A stretch of 64,000 nt of DNA from assembly GCA_002368195.1 (NCBI GenBank), contig AP018178.1:5145286-5209285 (forward strand), in the 5' to 3' direction. Shown here piece after piece: positions 31,580-42,150 of this stretch (within the stretch, counting starts at the first letter, position 1; the number at the start of each line of letters is the position of its first letter). The stretch comes from Calothrix sp. NIES-2100. GTDB lineage: Bacteria; Cyanobacteriota; Cyanobacteriia; Cyanobacteriales; Nostocaceae. Below the pieces are notes generated by a model. The model searched no databases, had not been told where the DNA came from, and was given only the letters and a program-made list of their open reading frames with translations. A program made the position numbers and the translations under genes.

Positions 31580-32227
31580 TTGTCCCCGGTGCGAGTACGT
31601 CAACATGTTAATCCACTTGCCCAAAAGTATCAAACACCAGTCAAATCACTTGACTGGGAAAAAGTTTATTCCCAACCTCACCAACCACTACATTTAGATA
31701 TTGGTAGCGCTAGGGGCAGGTTTTTGTTGAATATGGCAAAGATAGAAACTAACTGGAATTTTCTCGGTTTGGAGATTAGAGAACCGCTGGTGATCGAGGC
31801 TAATCAGTTGTGTTCAGATTTAGGTTTAACAAACCTTCACTATTTGTTTTGTAATGTGAATAAATCTTTGAAAACCCTTTTATCTTCTCTGCCTGCTGGT
31901 ACTTTACAGCGCGTGACAATTCAATTTCCTGATCCTTGGTTTAAAAGTCGCCATGCTAAACGGCGAATAGTGCAACCAGAATTAGTCTCAGATTTAGCGA
32001 ATTATCTAGCTGTTGGTGGTGTTGTATTTCTGCAATCAGATATAGAATCTTTAGCCTTAGAAATGCGCAATAACTTTTCCCAAAATCCAGCTTTTCAGAA
32101 ACTGAGTTCCCAAGAGTGGATGCCAGAAAATCCCTTACCAGTTGCCACAGAAAGGGAAATTGCTACTAAAAATAAGGGGGAACCAATTTATCGAACTTTA
32201 TTTATCAAGCGCGAAATAACAGCGTAA
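31580..32227 (+). CDS. trmB: tRNA (guanine46-N7)-methyltransferase
   Basis: [15 protein letters not shown]-terminus and SAM-MTase core. Start may be TTG 31580 or GTG 31589. Confidence 0.85.
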   Translation: MSPVRVRQHVNPLAQKYQTPVKSLDWEKVYSQPHQPLHLDIGSARGRFLLNMAKIETNWNFLGLEIREPLVIEANQLCSDLGLTNLHYLFCNVNKSLKTLLSSLPAGTLQRVTIQFPDPWFKSRHAKRRIVQPELVSDLANYLAVGGVVFLQSDIESLALEMRNNFSQNPAFQKLSSQEWMPENPLPVATEREIATKNKGEPIYRTLFIKREITA

Positions 32228-32400
32228 TTCGTAATTCGTAATTCGTAATTCGTAATTACATTTTTTAGTTATCTGACGTACAAGTTTATCTGTGTTCATC
32301 TGTATTGACAATAGGGCTAGGGGGATAAGGATGGTGACAAGTAGGACAAGGGAATCAAATGAATAATGACCAATGACCAATGACCAATGACCAATGACAT
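32225..32400. repeat. STRR block ((ATTCGTA)5 ... (TGACCAA)4)
   Basis: Read directly. Confidence 0.75.
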
Positions 32401-32955
32401 TTAGCGAATTTCATGCCATTCATGCATAGGTGCTATGCTTTTGATGACCCATTCAATCATGATGGGAGGCGCTTCTGAGATCATGATGCTGGGGTAAACT
32501 GCTGTACCCCAGTTCGGATGTACTAGTACACGGCATTTATTTTTAATCACCGGGTAATTGAGTAAAGCTTTCACAACTGCGGTGTCGTCATGGGGAACGG
32601 TTCCGGGATGGGAAAGCAAGGGATAGCCGGTGCGGGGATCTATCAGATCTGTTAAATAGTTGCGATCGCGGAGATTAAAGGCCAAATCAAAACCAAACCG
32701 CATAAACTTTTCGCGTAAGCGTTCTTTCTCCGCCTCAACGACTGCGGTACTTTTATCTAGTCGATACTGCGATTGCTGTAAAACAATAACTACCCATAAG
32801 AAAGATTGCTGTTTCCAATCTGGTAATATCCGTTCGCAGTTGGCACAGATATACTGGCTAGGTGAATGAATCGAAATCTGAATAGCTTGTCCCGTTTTGC
32901 CAACCAAATTAATGGGACAGCTTTGCTCCGAAGAGTAAACTTGGAAATAGTTCAC
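32401..32955 (-). CDS. Conserved hypothetical protein (184 aa)
   Basis: Clean ORF; no motif recognised. Confidence 0.4.
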   Translation of the reverse strand: MNYFQVYSSEQSCPINLVGKTGQAIQISIHSPSQYICANCERILPDWKQQSFLWVVIVLQQSQYRLDKSTAVVEAEKERLREKFMRFGFDLAFNLRDRNYLTDLIDPRTGYPLLSHPGTVPHDDTAVVKALLNYPVIKNKCRVLVHPNWGTAVYPSIMISEAPPIMIEWVIKSIAPMHEWHEIR

Positions 32956-33566
32956 TACATTTGTTCGGTTTCTGCAAGTTTTGACTTTAATCCTTGGAAT
33001 TAATAATAACTCTTAAAACTTTATAAAAATCAGCAAATTTCCATAACGTTTGAGTTATTTTACAGATTTGTGGGTGAAGTGTTAAGTTTTAATCAGAATT
33101 TTATCCTTTATTAACTTAATTTCCCATCAAACTGATTCTTTTACTCGCTTTGCGTGCCAGTTGTCACTGGTTTTGGCAGGAGTTTCATACCTTCAATTTT
33201 CGCAGTATAGAGATTCTCTGCAACTGAACCAGTAAGAAAATCAAGAGTCCCGCAAGTAGTGTGGAGAGTTTTAAATTATGAATTTCCACATCTGAAAGTT
33301 TACGTAGGTCAATATTTCATCCATTGTATTGAGTTAACCTACATCCAAAACTATCATATGTATCGTCGGGAAATAGTGCGCACAGCACAAATTATCACAC
33401 TTCCATCTGAGCAGTCATCACTCGTCGTTTGCTCAAGCTAAAAGCGTTAGTAGTGATGTAAAAAAATAAACTATACAAAAACCCTCTTGCCGGCTAGTTG
33501 GGAAAGAGGGGCTAGGGGCTAGGGGCGTTTGGATTAGGGTGAGTTAACTTTTATCTTTTATCTAAA

Positions 33567-33788
33567 TTAATCGAGCTTTAAAGCGTTGACTGGAACATCA
33601 TCCCAAGAATCAACCATCCGCAATTGTGCTACCCAGCCAGCTTGTTTTTGCCTCTCGTTCAAATTATTTTCAAAAGATTCATGACAATCTTTGGCTTGGG
33701 ACTCGTTACAACAGGCAATACAAGCATGAATCATGCCTGACGGATCAATTTGCTCGTTTACCCAAATAGTCATGGACTGTGCCCTCAA
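33567..33788 (-). CDS. Small Cys-rich hypothetical protein
   Basis: 73-aa ORF with HACIACCNESQAKDCH. Confidence 0.3.
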   Translation of the reverse strand: MRAQSMTIWVNEQIDPSGMIHACIACCNESQAKDCHESFENNLNERQKQAGWVAQLRMVDSWDDVPVNALKLD

Positions 33789-34076
33789 AAACTGTAGCGA
33801 AAAAATCTATTTGTACTTCTAGAATAATATTAAATCCGAAAATTGCCGAGTAAGTAAAATTTAACCACTATGTTAAGTTAAGAATCATAAATAGCAAAAA
33901 GACTGATTGTTAAAGGTGAGGCAAAGCCACGGAAATGAAGGGATTAGGTCGACACTATGATAATAAGTGATTAGCCCTGCTTGATATTAATTGATAATAG
34001 TACAATAATTGTAATATTAGGGGAAAAGATTAAAGTTTTACTTTTCCCCAACAATAGAGAAGTTCTTGATAACCTA

Positions 34077-34502
34077 CTATGGTTTTTGAGTAGCGATCGC
34101 TAATTTAGCTCCTTTTACCTGGCGTAATTTATCCATCACAGCCACTACCTGACCGTGAGTAACTCGCTCATCGGCGTTGATAATTACCAAGGCTTCGGGA
34201 GTTGTACCCATCAATGTGCGTACTTGCTCTGATAACACATCGAGAGTAACCGATTTGCGGTTCAAGCTAATTTTTCCATCTGCGTCTACTGTGACATTAA
34301 TTGGCTCACTAGATTTTTGTTGTTGTGCTGATGCTGCTTTGGGTAAATTAACTGGTAAACCTTCTGAGCGAGTTAAAAACAGAGTTGACATGATGAAAAA
34401 TGTCAAAATCGCAAAAATGACATCAATCATCGGCACGATGTTAATCTGGGCTGGGATATCTGGTTCATCTGGTAGGCGCATAGGATTTCTCTCCTCTTTC
34501 AT
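34077..34502 (-). CDS. exbD: Biopolymer transport protein ExbD/TolR
   Basis: 141 aa, single TM after INIVPMIDVIF, periplasmic domain. Confidence 0.75.
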   Translation of the reverse strand: MKEERNPMRLPDEPDIPAQINIVPMIDVIFAILTFFIMSTLFLTRSEGLPVNLPKAASAQQQKSSEPINVTVDADGKISLNRKSVTLDVLSEQVRTLMGTTPEALVIINADERVTHGQVVAVMDKLRQVKGAKLAIATQKP

Positions 34503-35121
34503 AGCGACGGCGGTAGAGTAATTCTAACTGTCCGCCATACTCCTGAATCCAAGCTATCTGGCGCATGTAGAGTCCCCGGAAGGAATTTGCAAAGAAAAGT
34601 GTAAAGATAGCAACAATCAATCCTGCGGCTGTAGATACTAAGGCTTGACTAATTCCACCTGTAACATTCCTTGTTTTCTCACCACCTAAATCACCTGGAG
34701 CATCTAAGGAAGCAAAAGAGATAATTAATCCTAAAACAGTACCAAGAAGTCCTAACAGGGGTGCAAGTCCGATGATGGTATCAAAAATGTTTTGAAAGCG
34801 CTTGATTAAAGGAATTTCGGCTTGTGCTTCACTTTCTAAGGCTAAACGAAATTCTTCTGGGGTTGGTTCTTCTAATTCTAAAGCTGCTAAAAAAATCCGG
34901 GCAATGGGTAAATCAGTATTTTGTTGCAACTTATCTAAAGCGCCAACTACATTATCTAAACGGTAAAGCTGTAATACTTCACGCACTACGCGATTTTGCC
35001 GTTTAGTTATCTTGACCCAAAAAACAACTCGTTCGATAATTAGCGCCACTGCTAATATGGAAAATCCTAACAGTGGCCACATGACCACGCCGCCAGCTGT
35101 AAATAAATTACTAAATGCCAT
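34465..35121 (-). CDS. exbB: MotA/TolQ/ExbB proton-channel protein
   Basis: 218 aa, three TM helices with conserved LGLLGTV.G motif region. Confidence 0.8.
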   Translation of the reverse strand: MAFSNLFTAGGVVMWPLLGFSILAVALIIERVVFWVKITKRQNRVVREVLQLYRLDNVVGALDKLQQNTDLPIARIFLAALELEEPTPEEFRLALESEAQAEIPLIKRFQNIFDTIIGLAPLLGLLGTVLGLIISFASLDAPGDLGGEKTRNVTGGISQALVSTAAGLIVAIFTLFFANSFRGLYMRQIAWIQEYGGQLELLYRRRYERGEKSYAPTR

Positions 35122-35359
35122 CTATTATTTCTCTACTCCTCAACAATCAACAATATTAAACTAAAAAGTTGCTGGTTTAACTAAGCTGGTGTGATAGCTG
35201 CCAAGACATTACTGTGAGTTAATGTATAAGTCAATGTTTGACAATATGTCGAAGTAAAAATATTTATTTTTTGGATATTCAAATTTTAGTTAATTGTAAA
35301 AACTACGTAAGGTGGGCATTGCCCACCCTACATAATGATGTGATTTTTTTACTTAACTC

Positions 35360-36115
35360 TCAATGCATTTTTGTGACAACATCTATGTCATCAGTTTTTA
35401 ATTGCCCATCTTCCATATAAATGATGCGATCCGCAATATCTAGGATACGGTTGTCATGGGTAACTAACAAAATTGTACAGCCTTGTTCTTTAGCTAGCTT
35501 CTGCATCAACTCTACTACATCACGCCCCGATTTTTTATCAAGTGCGGCGGTTGGTTCGTCTGCTAGGACAATTTTCGGATGGCTGACTAAAGCACGGGCG
35601 ATCGCCACTCGTTGCTTTTGTCCCCCAGAAAGGTTTTCGGCGTAGTAATTGACACGTTCTCCCAATCCCACAGTTTCCAGCATGGCGATCGCTTTAGCGT
35701 CAATATCCCGATCAAGATATTGATCGTGTAACTCTAAAGACATCCGCACATTTTCTTTAGCTGTTAAAAAAGTCATCAGGTTATGCGCCTGGAAAATATA
35801 ACCAATCTGGCGACGTAGCTTAGTTAACTGCTGTTTACTAGCAGCGCAGATTTCCTGTCCTAAGATTTTCAGACTACCAGATTGAGCTGATCGCAGTCCA
35901 CCCATGAGAGTTAACAGCGTGGTTTTACCAGATCCTGAGGGTCCGGTCATAATCACAATTTCACCAGCGTTAATCTCTAAATTAATATCAAATAATACTT
36001 GTTTTTTTAGCGTTCCCTCCCCAAAGTAATGATTCAGGTTACTAATATTAATTACTGGTTCTAAAGTTGTTGATGTGGATTCAGGAAACATAAGATTTTC
36101 AGAGTCAATAGTCAA
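35360..36115 (-). CDS. devA: ABC transporter ATP-binding protein, DevA-like
   Basis: Walker A GPSGSGKTT, signature LSGGQKQRVAIARAL, Walker B ILLADEPT. Confidence 0.85.
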   Translation of the reverse strand: MTIDSENLMFPESTSTTLEPVINISNLNHYFGEGTLKKQVLFDINLEINAGEIVIMTGPSGSGKTTLLTLMGGLRSAQSGSLKILGQEICAASKQQLTKLRRQIGYIFQAHNLMTFLTAKENVRMSLELHDQYLDRDIDAKAIAMLETVGLGERVNYYAENLSGGQKQRVAIARALVSHPKIVLADEPTAALDKKSGRDVVELMQKLAKEQGCTILLVTHDNRILDIADRIIYMEDGQLKTDDIDVVTKMH

Positions 36116-36131
36116 TAGTCAACAGTCAAGA

Positions 36132-37298
36132 CTAGAAAATATCTGCTGGGTCAGCAGCGCGGAGTTTACGCATAGCGATCGCCCCAGAAAAACTACACAT
36201 GATAATTGTTAAAATAAATACTTTAAATGCCCGGTCTACCTTCATGGAAATAGGCAACAATGTCGCAGCGTAGGTTAGCTGATATAGTCCCAAAGAGAGG
36301 AAAAATGAGGGTAAAAAACCTAAGATAGCTAAAAATAATGCTTCTTGTAACAGAACTGTGAGTAAATAGCGATCGCTATAACCCATTGCTTTGAGGGTGG
36401 CGTATTCTGGTAGGTGTTCGGAGACATCGGAATAGAGGATTTGGTAAACAATCACAATCCCAACAATGAATCCGACTCCCACACCTAAGCCAAAAATGAA
36501 GCCAATACCAGTACCAGTAGCCCAATAATTTTTTTCAATTTGGGCAAATCCTTCGGTAGTCAGAACTATGACATCATTGGGTAAAATAGCTGCAAGTTGC
36601 GATCGCACTTGTTCCGGATTAGCACCAGGTTTAAGAGTCAGTAAGCCTACCTCAATGCGATCGCTTTGGCGATCAGGGAAAAGTTGCAAAAAGGTAGAAT
36701 CACTAGTAACTACATTTCCATCAGCCGCAAAGGAAGCACCGTTACTAAACACGCCTTTGACATTGATAGCTTTGTTATTTAATTCGGTGGCAAAGTTGCC
36801 TGTTTTCTTGAAGATAGTACCAATATCTCCATATTCCGGCCTACCTGCTTGGTCAAACATGACTTGATATAACTGCTTCAAATCATTTTGATGTTGCTTA
36901 ATCTCCGGGAATAAAAAAGCTGGTTTTGCTGGATCTATACCCCAAACCAAAATGGCGCGATCAAGACGAGTTTCGGGATTTCGCCATTGTCCGGTGCTGA
37001 TGTAAACCGAGTTTACTGATTGCACGCTCTCATGACTTAATGTTTGATATAAGCGTTCACGAGAAAAGCTTTTGACTGAGAATAAAGTTTGAAATTGGGG
37101 ATTAATTAAAACTAAATCTGCCTGTAAATTGCGATGGGGTTGGACGGCTGCATCAAACAGCGCACTTTCAAAACCTAACTGAATAAACATCAGCATATCA
37201 GCAAAGGTAATACCTGCCACTGCTACTGCAAGACGGGTTTTTTCTTTCATTAACTGCCGCCAAGCTAGCGGAGTTTTGCGAAATAATTTTGATAGCAT
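36132..37298 (-). CDS. devC: ABC transporter permease (FtsX-like), DevC-like
   Basis: 388 aa, N-terminal TM, large periplasmic loop, C-terminal 3-TM FtsX region. Confidence 0.8.
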   Translation of the reverse strand: MLSKLFRKTPLAWRQLMKEKTRLAVAVAGITFADMLMFIQLGFESALFDAAVQPHRNLQADLVLINPQFQTLFSVKSFSRERLYQTLSHESVQSVNSVYISTGQWRNPETRLDRAILVWGIDPAKPAFLFPEIKQHQNDLKQLYQVMFDQAGRPEYGDIGTIFKKTGNFATELNNKAINVKGVFSNGASFAADGNVVTSDSTFLQLFPDRQSDRIEVGLLTLKPGANPEQVRSQLAAILPNDVIVLTTEGFAQIEKNYWATGTGIGFIFGLGVGVGFIVGIVIVYQILYSDVSEHLPEYATLKAMGYSDRYLLTVLLQEALFLAILGFLPSFFLSLGLYQLTYAATLLPISMKVDRAFKVFILTIIMCSFSGAIAMRKLRAADPADIF

Positions 37299-37367
37299 AA
37301 GTATTAGTCATTTGTCATTTGTCATTTGTCATTTGTCATTTGTCAACAGTCAACACTTCGGCTTTGC

Positions 37368-38675
37368 TCAGTGACCACGGTCAACAGTCCCCAATTCAAT
37401 CGCTGTTTGTACTTGCAAGTTCGTTAACCCGGAAACGCGCTTGCTATCTTCGGGGTTTAGACGAATTTTTACTTCAATAACTCGACTATCAAGGTTTTCT
37501 CCTGGTTGATTGCTAAAAACGTTTTGTCTATTAACTTGTAAGCCAACCTGGGAAACTTTACCCCTTATTTCTCCAGTAAATGCTTGACCGGTAATTACTG
37601 CTTTTTGTCCCAGTCTTACCTTACTAATGTCAGTTTGATAAACTTCTGCAACTGCAATCATTTGGTCAGTTTGGGCAAAGTCTGCAATACCCGAATCACC
37701 AATTTTTTCACCAGCGCGGTAATGTATTTTGAGAACTTGTCCTGCTGTTGGTGCTTTGATGTATGCTGCTGCTAAATCAGTTTGGGCGTGTTTGAGGGAT
37801 GCGATCGCATTTTCAACTTCTGTTTGAGCTGCGGCTATATCTACGGGACGGACTTCGGCAATACTATTGAGTGTGGCTTTGGCTTCGCTAATTTCTTTGT
37901 TACCAGTGGCGTTAATGCGGTTGAGTGCTACTTTTGCTTCTGCTAGTTGTCTGCTAGCTGTGGTGTTGATGCGGTTGAGAACGGCTTGCGCTTCATCTAG
38001 TTGCTGTTTGGTGGTGTCTACACTCAAACGCCTAGTGTCAAATGCAGAATTAGAAATTGCTCCATCTTTATATAACTGTTGATAACGCAGATATTCTGCT
38101 TGGGCATTGTTGAGTTCGGCTGTCAGTTTTTTAATTGTCGCTTCTTGGGCAATTCTATCACCTTGCCATTGTGCCTCTATGCGGGCGATCGCTTCTTGTT
38201 GACTTTGGCGATCGCCAATCGATTGTGCCTGCAAACGTTCCACTGTTGCTTGCTGTGCTTGAATTTCTCCAGTTTTCGCCCCCGCTTTCACTTGTGCGAG
38301 TTTAGCTTGGGTGACTTGGACTTGTTTTTGCGCTTGGAGTACCGCAGTTTGTAAGCGATCGCGTGCATCTAAAACTGCTATAATTTGTCCGGCTTCGACG
38401 CGATCGCCTTCTTCAACCAGGATTTTCGCAATGCGATCGCCATCTAATGCTAGGGGTGCAGATAACTTAATTACCTCGGCTTCTGGTTGCAGTCTTCCTA
38501 AAGCCGTTACTTTTTGCAAAATTGGCGCAGTTGGTATTTCCTCCGAAGCAGTGCGCCCAACTTGACCAAACTGAGAAATAGCATAAACAGCAATTCCACC
38601 TGTAATCGCAGTAGCAGCAATTCCTAATACAATTAGTCCTCTATTTTTTGGTTTCAATAATAGCCTATAACTCAT
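37368..38675 (-). CDS. devB: Membrane fusion protein (HlyD family), DevB-like
   Basis: N-terminal TM, long coiled coils, beta-barrel C-terminus; devB-devC-devA gene order. Confidence 0.8.
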   Translation of the reverse strand: MSYRLLLKPKNRGLIVLGIAATAITGGIAVYAISQFGQVGRTASEEIPTAPILQKVTALGRLQPEAEVIKLSAPLALDGDRIAKILVEEGDRVEAGQIIAVLDARDRLQTAVLQAQKQVQVTQAKLAQVKAGAKTGEIQAQQATVERLQAQSIGDRQSQQEAIARIEAQWQGDRIAQEATIKKLTAELNNAQAEYLRYQQLYKDGAISNSAFDTRRLSVDTTKQQLDEAQAVLNRINTTASRQLAEAKVALNRINATGNKEISEAKATLNSIAEVRPVDIAAAQTEVENAIASLKHAQTDLAAAYIKAPTAGQVLKIHYRAGEKIGDSGIADFAQTDQMIAVAEVYQTDISKVRLGQKAVITGQAFTGEIRGKVSQVGLQVNRQNVFSNQPGENLDSRVIEVKIRLNPEDSKRVSGLTNLQVQTAIELGTVDRGH

Positions 38676-38783
38676 ATTTCCCCCTCTTTATTAATTTGTC
38701 ATTTGTCATTTGTCATTTGTCATTTGTCAAGAAGGCACTCTTGCAACAGTCAACAGTCAACAGTCTTCCCTAGCCCCTATCCC

Positions 38784-39362
38784 CTATCCCCTCTCTTCAT
38801 CTCGCAAATATGCCGTGAGCATTTTACCTAATAAAGCGCATTGTTCAGTAAAACAAATATTTTCATCACCCCAAAGTTTCTCCAAAATTAAACCATTGAC
38901 GAAACTCAATACAAATGTTGCTAAAACTGAATCTTGAATCCCTAAAAAATCGCAGGCGGCTTGTTGATATCGCTGATTAGCCCGCTTCAAAACACCGTTT
39001 ACCTTTATTTGTTCAGAGTCTTGATGCTGACAAAAATCTACCCAGATGTAAGTCCACTTAATAAAGTAATCTTCGTTTTTTACTAAGTATCTTGCTAATG
39101 CTGCCATTGCCTCTGGTAGTGGTTTTCTCCCACCCAATTCTGCTAAGGCCATCGCCACATCTTGCTGGCTAATTTCTTCTAGTAATTGCTCAAATAAAGC
39201 CTGTTTACTGGGAAAATAATGATACAGCGTCCCCGTTGACACTCCTAAGCCTTGAGCAATTTCCCGCATAGTGATGGCACTGTAGCCTTTTTGGGCAAAT
39301 AAATCGAAGCACTTGCCGAGCAGTTCTTTGCGGTATTGTTCGTGGTCAACAATCTTGGGCAT
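38784..39362 (-). CDS. TetR-family transcriptional regulator
   Basis: HTH ITMREIAQGLGVSTGTLYHYFPSK. Confidence 0.85.
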   Translation of the reverse strand: MPKIVDHEQYRKELLGKCFDLFAQKGYSAITMREIAQGLGVSTGTLYHYFPSKQALFEQLLEEISQQDVAMALAELGGRKPLPEAMAALARYLVKNEDYFIKWTYIWVDFCQHQDSEQIKVNGVLKRANQRYQQAACDFLGIQDSVLATFVLSFVNGLILEKLWGDENICFTEQCALLGKMLTAYLRDEERG

Positions 39363-39640
39363 AACTCAGGCTATTTATATCGAACGCTCGTTATAGATTA
39401 AGATATAATCCTTAACACTGAGTTGTCAAGATACAGTTGATAACTTAAATATTTTTCTTTTTCTAAATCAATTGCAAACCTAAAACAACGGATTGATTGC
39501 CATGCATTTCTGGAGGAGAACTAAGATGCATAATTAGTAAAAGGTGGCAACCTCCGGCGATGGAAAAGCGTCACATCTTTAGTTGTAGATGCGATTACTC
39601 CAAAGCGTCAAACAGATACTAATGTGATTAAACGATTGGC

Positions 39641-40783
39641 ATGAAATTTTCAGTTTTATTTGGCTCTATACTTTCCCAGATTAAAGGACGACATTGGTGG
39701 TTAGGTATTCTCTTGTGGATAGCTTTGGTTGCTCCAGCGCAAGCATCTGTAATCTTACGCATCGCCATTGAGAGAAACGTTAATCAAGTAAAAGTTGGTA
39801 GTTCGACAACTGCAACAGTCAAGGATGGAACGGGGCGGACTCTCGGACAATTACCAGCGATGAGTTCGTTTTATGCCCAAGCTGTTGGTGGTGGTGTAGC
39901 TTTAGATAAATGGCAATCTGGTTTATTTTGGATTGAGCCGACAGGTAAAGGATTCGTTTATATAGGCGATCGCTGGTTTCGCGGTAGAACTCTGGTTGTA
40001 CCCACAGAAAAAGGCTTAACTGCGGTTAACTGGGTAGATACTGAGGAATATCTCTACAGCGTTATCGGTGGAGAAATGGATGCCCAATGGCCCCAAGAAG
40101 CTTTGAAAGCCCAAGCGATCGCCGCCCGCACTTATGCTTTATACGAACGGGAAAGACAGCGCAGTAACCCGATTTACGATTTAGGTGACAGCCCAGATCG
40201 CTGGCAAATTTATAAAGGTGTCAGCAGTGAAACTCCTACTACCTACGCCGCCGTCGATGCTACCGCCGGACAAGTACTAACTTACCAAAACAAAATTATT
40301 CTCTCAGTCTTCCACGCTTGCTCTGGCGGACATACTGAAAATGTTGAAGATGTTTGGGGTAGCAAAGAGCCTTACCTGCGTGCTGTTCAAGACTACGATC
40401 AAAATATTAAAGAGTGTAACTGGGTGAAAACCTTCTCATCTGGGGAAATTAGTTCTATTTCTGGTGTAGGCAATGTCACAGATATGATTGTGGAGGCTCG
40501 CTCACCGTTCCAAAGTGTGAAAGTCCTGAAAATTATCGGCGATCGCGGTACGAAGACACTACAGGGCGAAGAGGTACGTACTGCACTCAGGCTAAAAAGT
40601 ACCCGCTTTAACGTCAGCAAAGGAGCCGATGGTAGTTTTATTCTACAAGGGCTAGGCTATGGTCACGCCATTGGCATGAGTCAATGGGGAGCGTATAATC
40701 TGGCACGAAGAGGTGCAAACCACCTACAAATTTTGGGACATTATTACCAAGGTGTAGCCCTAACACCAATTAAAGCCAAGTAG
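39641..40783 (+). CDS. SpoIID/LytB-domain protein (amidase enhancer)
   Basis: Signal peptide and the conserved SpoIID region (AQAIAARTYAL, FHACSGGHTE, MSQWGA). Confidence 0.75.
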   Translation: MKFSVLFGSILSQIKGRHWWLGILLWIALVAPAQASVILRIAIERNVNQVKVGSSTTATVKDGTGRTLGQLPAMSSFYAQAVGGGVALDKWQSGLFWIEPTGKGFVYIGDRWFRGRTLVVPTEKGLTAVNWVDTEEYLYSVIGGEMDAQWPQEALKAQAIAARTYALYERERQRSNPIYDLGDSPDRWQIYKGVSSETPTTYAAVDATAGQVLTYQNKIILSVFHACSGGHTENVEDVWGSKEPYLRAVQDYDQNIKECNWVKTFSSGEISSISGVGNVTDMIVEARSPFQSVKVLKIIGDRGTKTLQGEEVRTALRLKSTRFNVSKGADGSFILQGLGYGHAIGMSQWGAYNLARRGANHLQILGHYYQGVALTPIKAK

Positions 40784-40847
40784 CTATCTGAAATTAATTC
40801 CAACTAATCTTGGTGCATGGGTTTTGTGAAGAGCTTAGATCCCCGAC

Positions 40848-40880
40848 TTCTTTGAGAAGTCGGGGATCTAAAACTAGCGG
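40848..40880. repeat. Dispersed palindromic element AGATCCCCGACTTCTTTGAGAAGTCGGGGATCT (copy 3 of 3)
   Basis: Same element as 2868-2900 and 23352-23384. Confidence 0.8.
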
Positions 40881-40928
40881 ATTTTTACAACTTCTACACA
40901 GATTGCTAGAGCAAATCGCCTATCATCC

Positions 40929-41309
40929 CTACCTCAGAAATGTTACCTCTTTCTGATAAAATTCACTCAAATGTATAAAGCATACTCTGGGGTCAATATA
41001 TCTTTGTTCAGCACCTATACGCATTCCGATCGTATTTGTGCATAAACCATATCTGTAAAAAGCTAATTGACACCTTCTGTAGCCTGTCCGCAAAGAATAG
41101 TTATTAGGGTTGCTCCTGAGAGCATTTTCGTACCTTCTACACAGAATAGATGCTTGTTGAGTATTTTGCAGACAGTTAAAATCGCATTCATTCTCGCTAC
41201 CTATCGGTGTTTCTGCAACTGCTATTGAAAAATTACTAAAAATCACCATCGCCGCAGTAGAGCAAACTGTGAAAAAACCAATAAAAATTGTCTCAACTGA
41301 TTTATTCAT
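40929..41309 (-). CDS. Secreted Cys-rich hypothetical protein
   Basis: Signal peptide; 6 Cys; 126 aa. Confidence 0.35.
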   Translation of the reverse strand: MNKSVETIFIGFFTVCSTAAMVIFSNFSIAVAETPIGSENECDFNCLQNTQQASILCRRYENALRSNPNNYSLRTGYRRCQLAFYRYGLCTNTIGMRIGAEQRYIDPRVCFIHLSEFYQKEVTFLR

Positions 41310-41440
41310 ATTTATCCTTACCCAGTGTTGTATTTATATAACTTACGCAAGTGTCACAAACAAGTCGTCTTTTTTATTTGTAGTCAGTGGGTCTATTCCT
41401 TATTTCTTTGGTTAAAGTCCTGACTACGAACTTATAGGAA

Positions 41441-41478
41441 TTCCTCGTAGGGGCACAAACAATCTTGTGCCCCGATCG
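41441..41478 (-). terminator. Hairpin GGGGCACAA-acaatc-TTGTGCCCC downstream of the minus-strand 43428..41507 gene pair
   Basis: 9-bp perfect stem read directly. Confidence 0.4.
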
Positions 41479-41506
41479 GTGTCCCTCATTAAAAAAGAGA
41501 AATTAG

Positions 41507-42076
41507 CTAAACTCCTTCATCAACAATCTGTCTAAATTTGTTAACAAGTTTGTCTTTCATTTCGATAAAATCGTGAATTTCTTTGTCTAAGTCTTGCTCC
41601 ATTTTTTTCTGAAGGATTGAATTAGTCATTTCTTGCAATCTTTGAGTTTTCTTTTCAATCGCAGTAATGAATTTATCGAAAATTCGGTCTAATTCCTCTT
41701 GGAGTTCCTGTGCTTTTCGCATCAAGAAACTAGCTGTTTCTGCTCGACCCGCAGCTTTGGCTTTGACTAAATACTGATTGCAAGTTTCTCGTAAGGCTTG
41801 GACATGGGTTTCTCGCACCATTGCTAAGGCTTTTTTGCGAAACTCAAACTCAGTTTTAATAATTTCGAGTTCGCCCATTTTTGCTGCACGTTGTACTGGA
41901 TCGGGGAACAATTTTGTGAGGAATGTCTCACGTTTTGCCATATTATTATCAACAACGATTTCGGCATAACGTGCGACTGCTTCAACGCTGGAAGATTTGG
42001 CGATTTGGTTATCTGCTGAAACCCTGGTCAGCGAATTATTACTTTTATCAATGTAATCAGACATAATTAACCTCAT
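41507..42076 (-). CDS. All-helical hypothetical protein, partner of the DUF4407-like membrane protein
   Basis: 189 aa, coiled-coil-rich; 75 nt downstream of 42151..43428 on the same strand. Confidence 0.45.
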   Translation of the reverse strand: MRLIMSDYIDKSNNSLTRVSADNQIAKSSSVEAVARYAEIVVDNNMAKRETFLTKLFPDPVQRAAKMGELEIIKTEFEFRKKALAMVRETHVQALRETCNQYLVKAKAAGRAETASFLMRKAQELQEELDRIFDKFITAIEKKTQRLQEMTNSILQKKMEQDLDKEIHDFIEMKDKLVNKFRQIVDEGV

Positions 42077-42150
42077 TTAAATTGTGTTACTTGCATTCAT
42101 CTGGAACTGATTGCTAATTTGGTGGAGGTCTTGCCTCTGTAGGAGATAAT

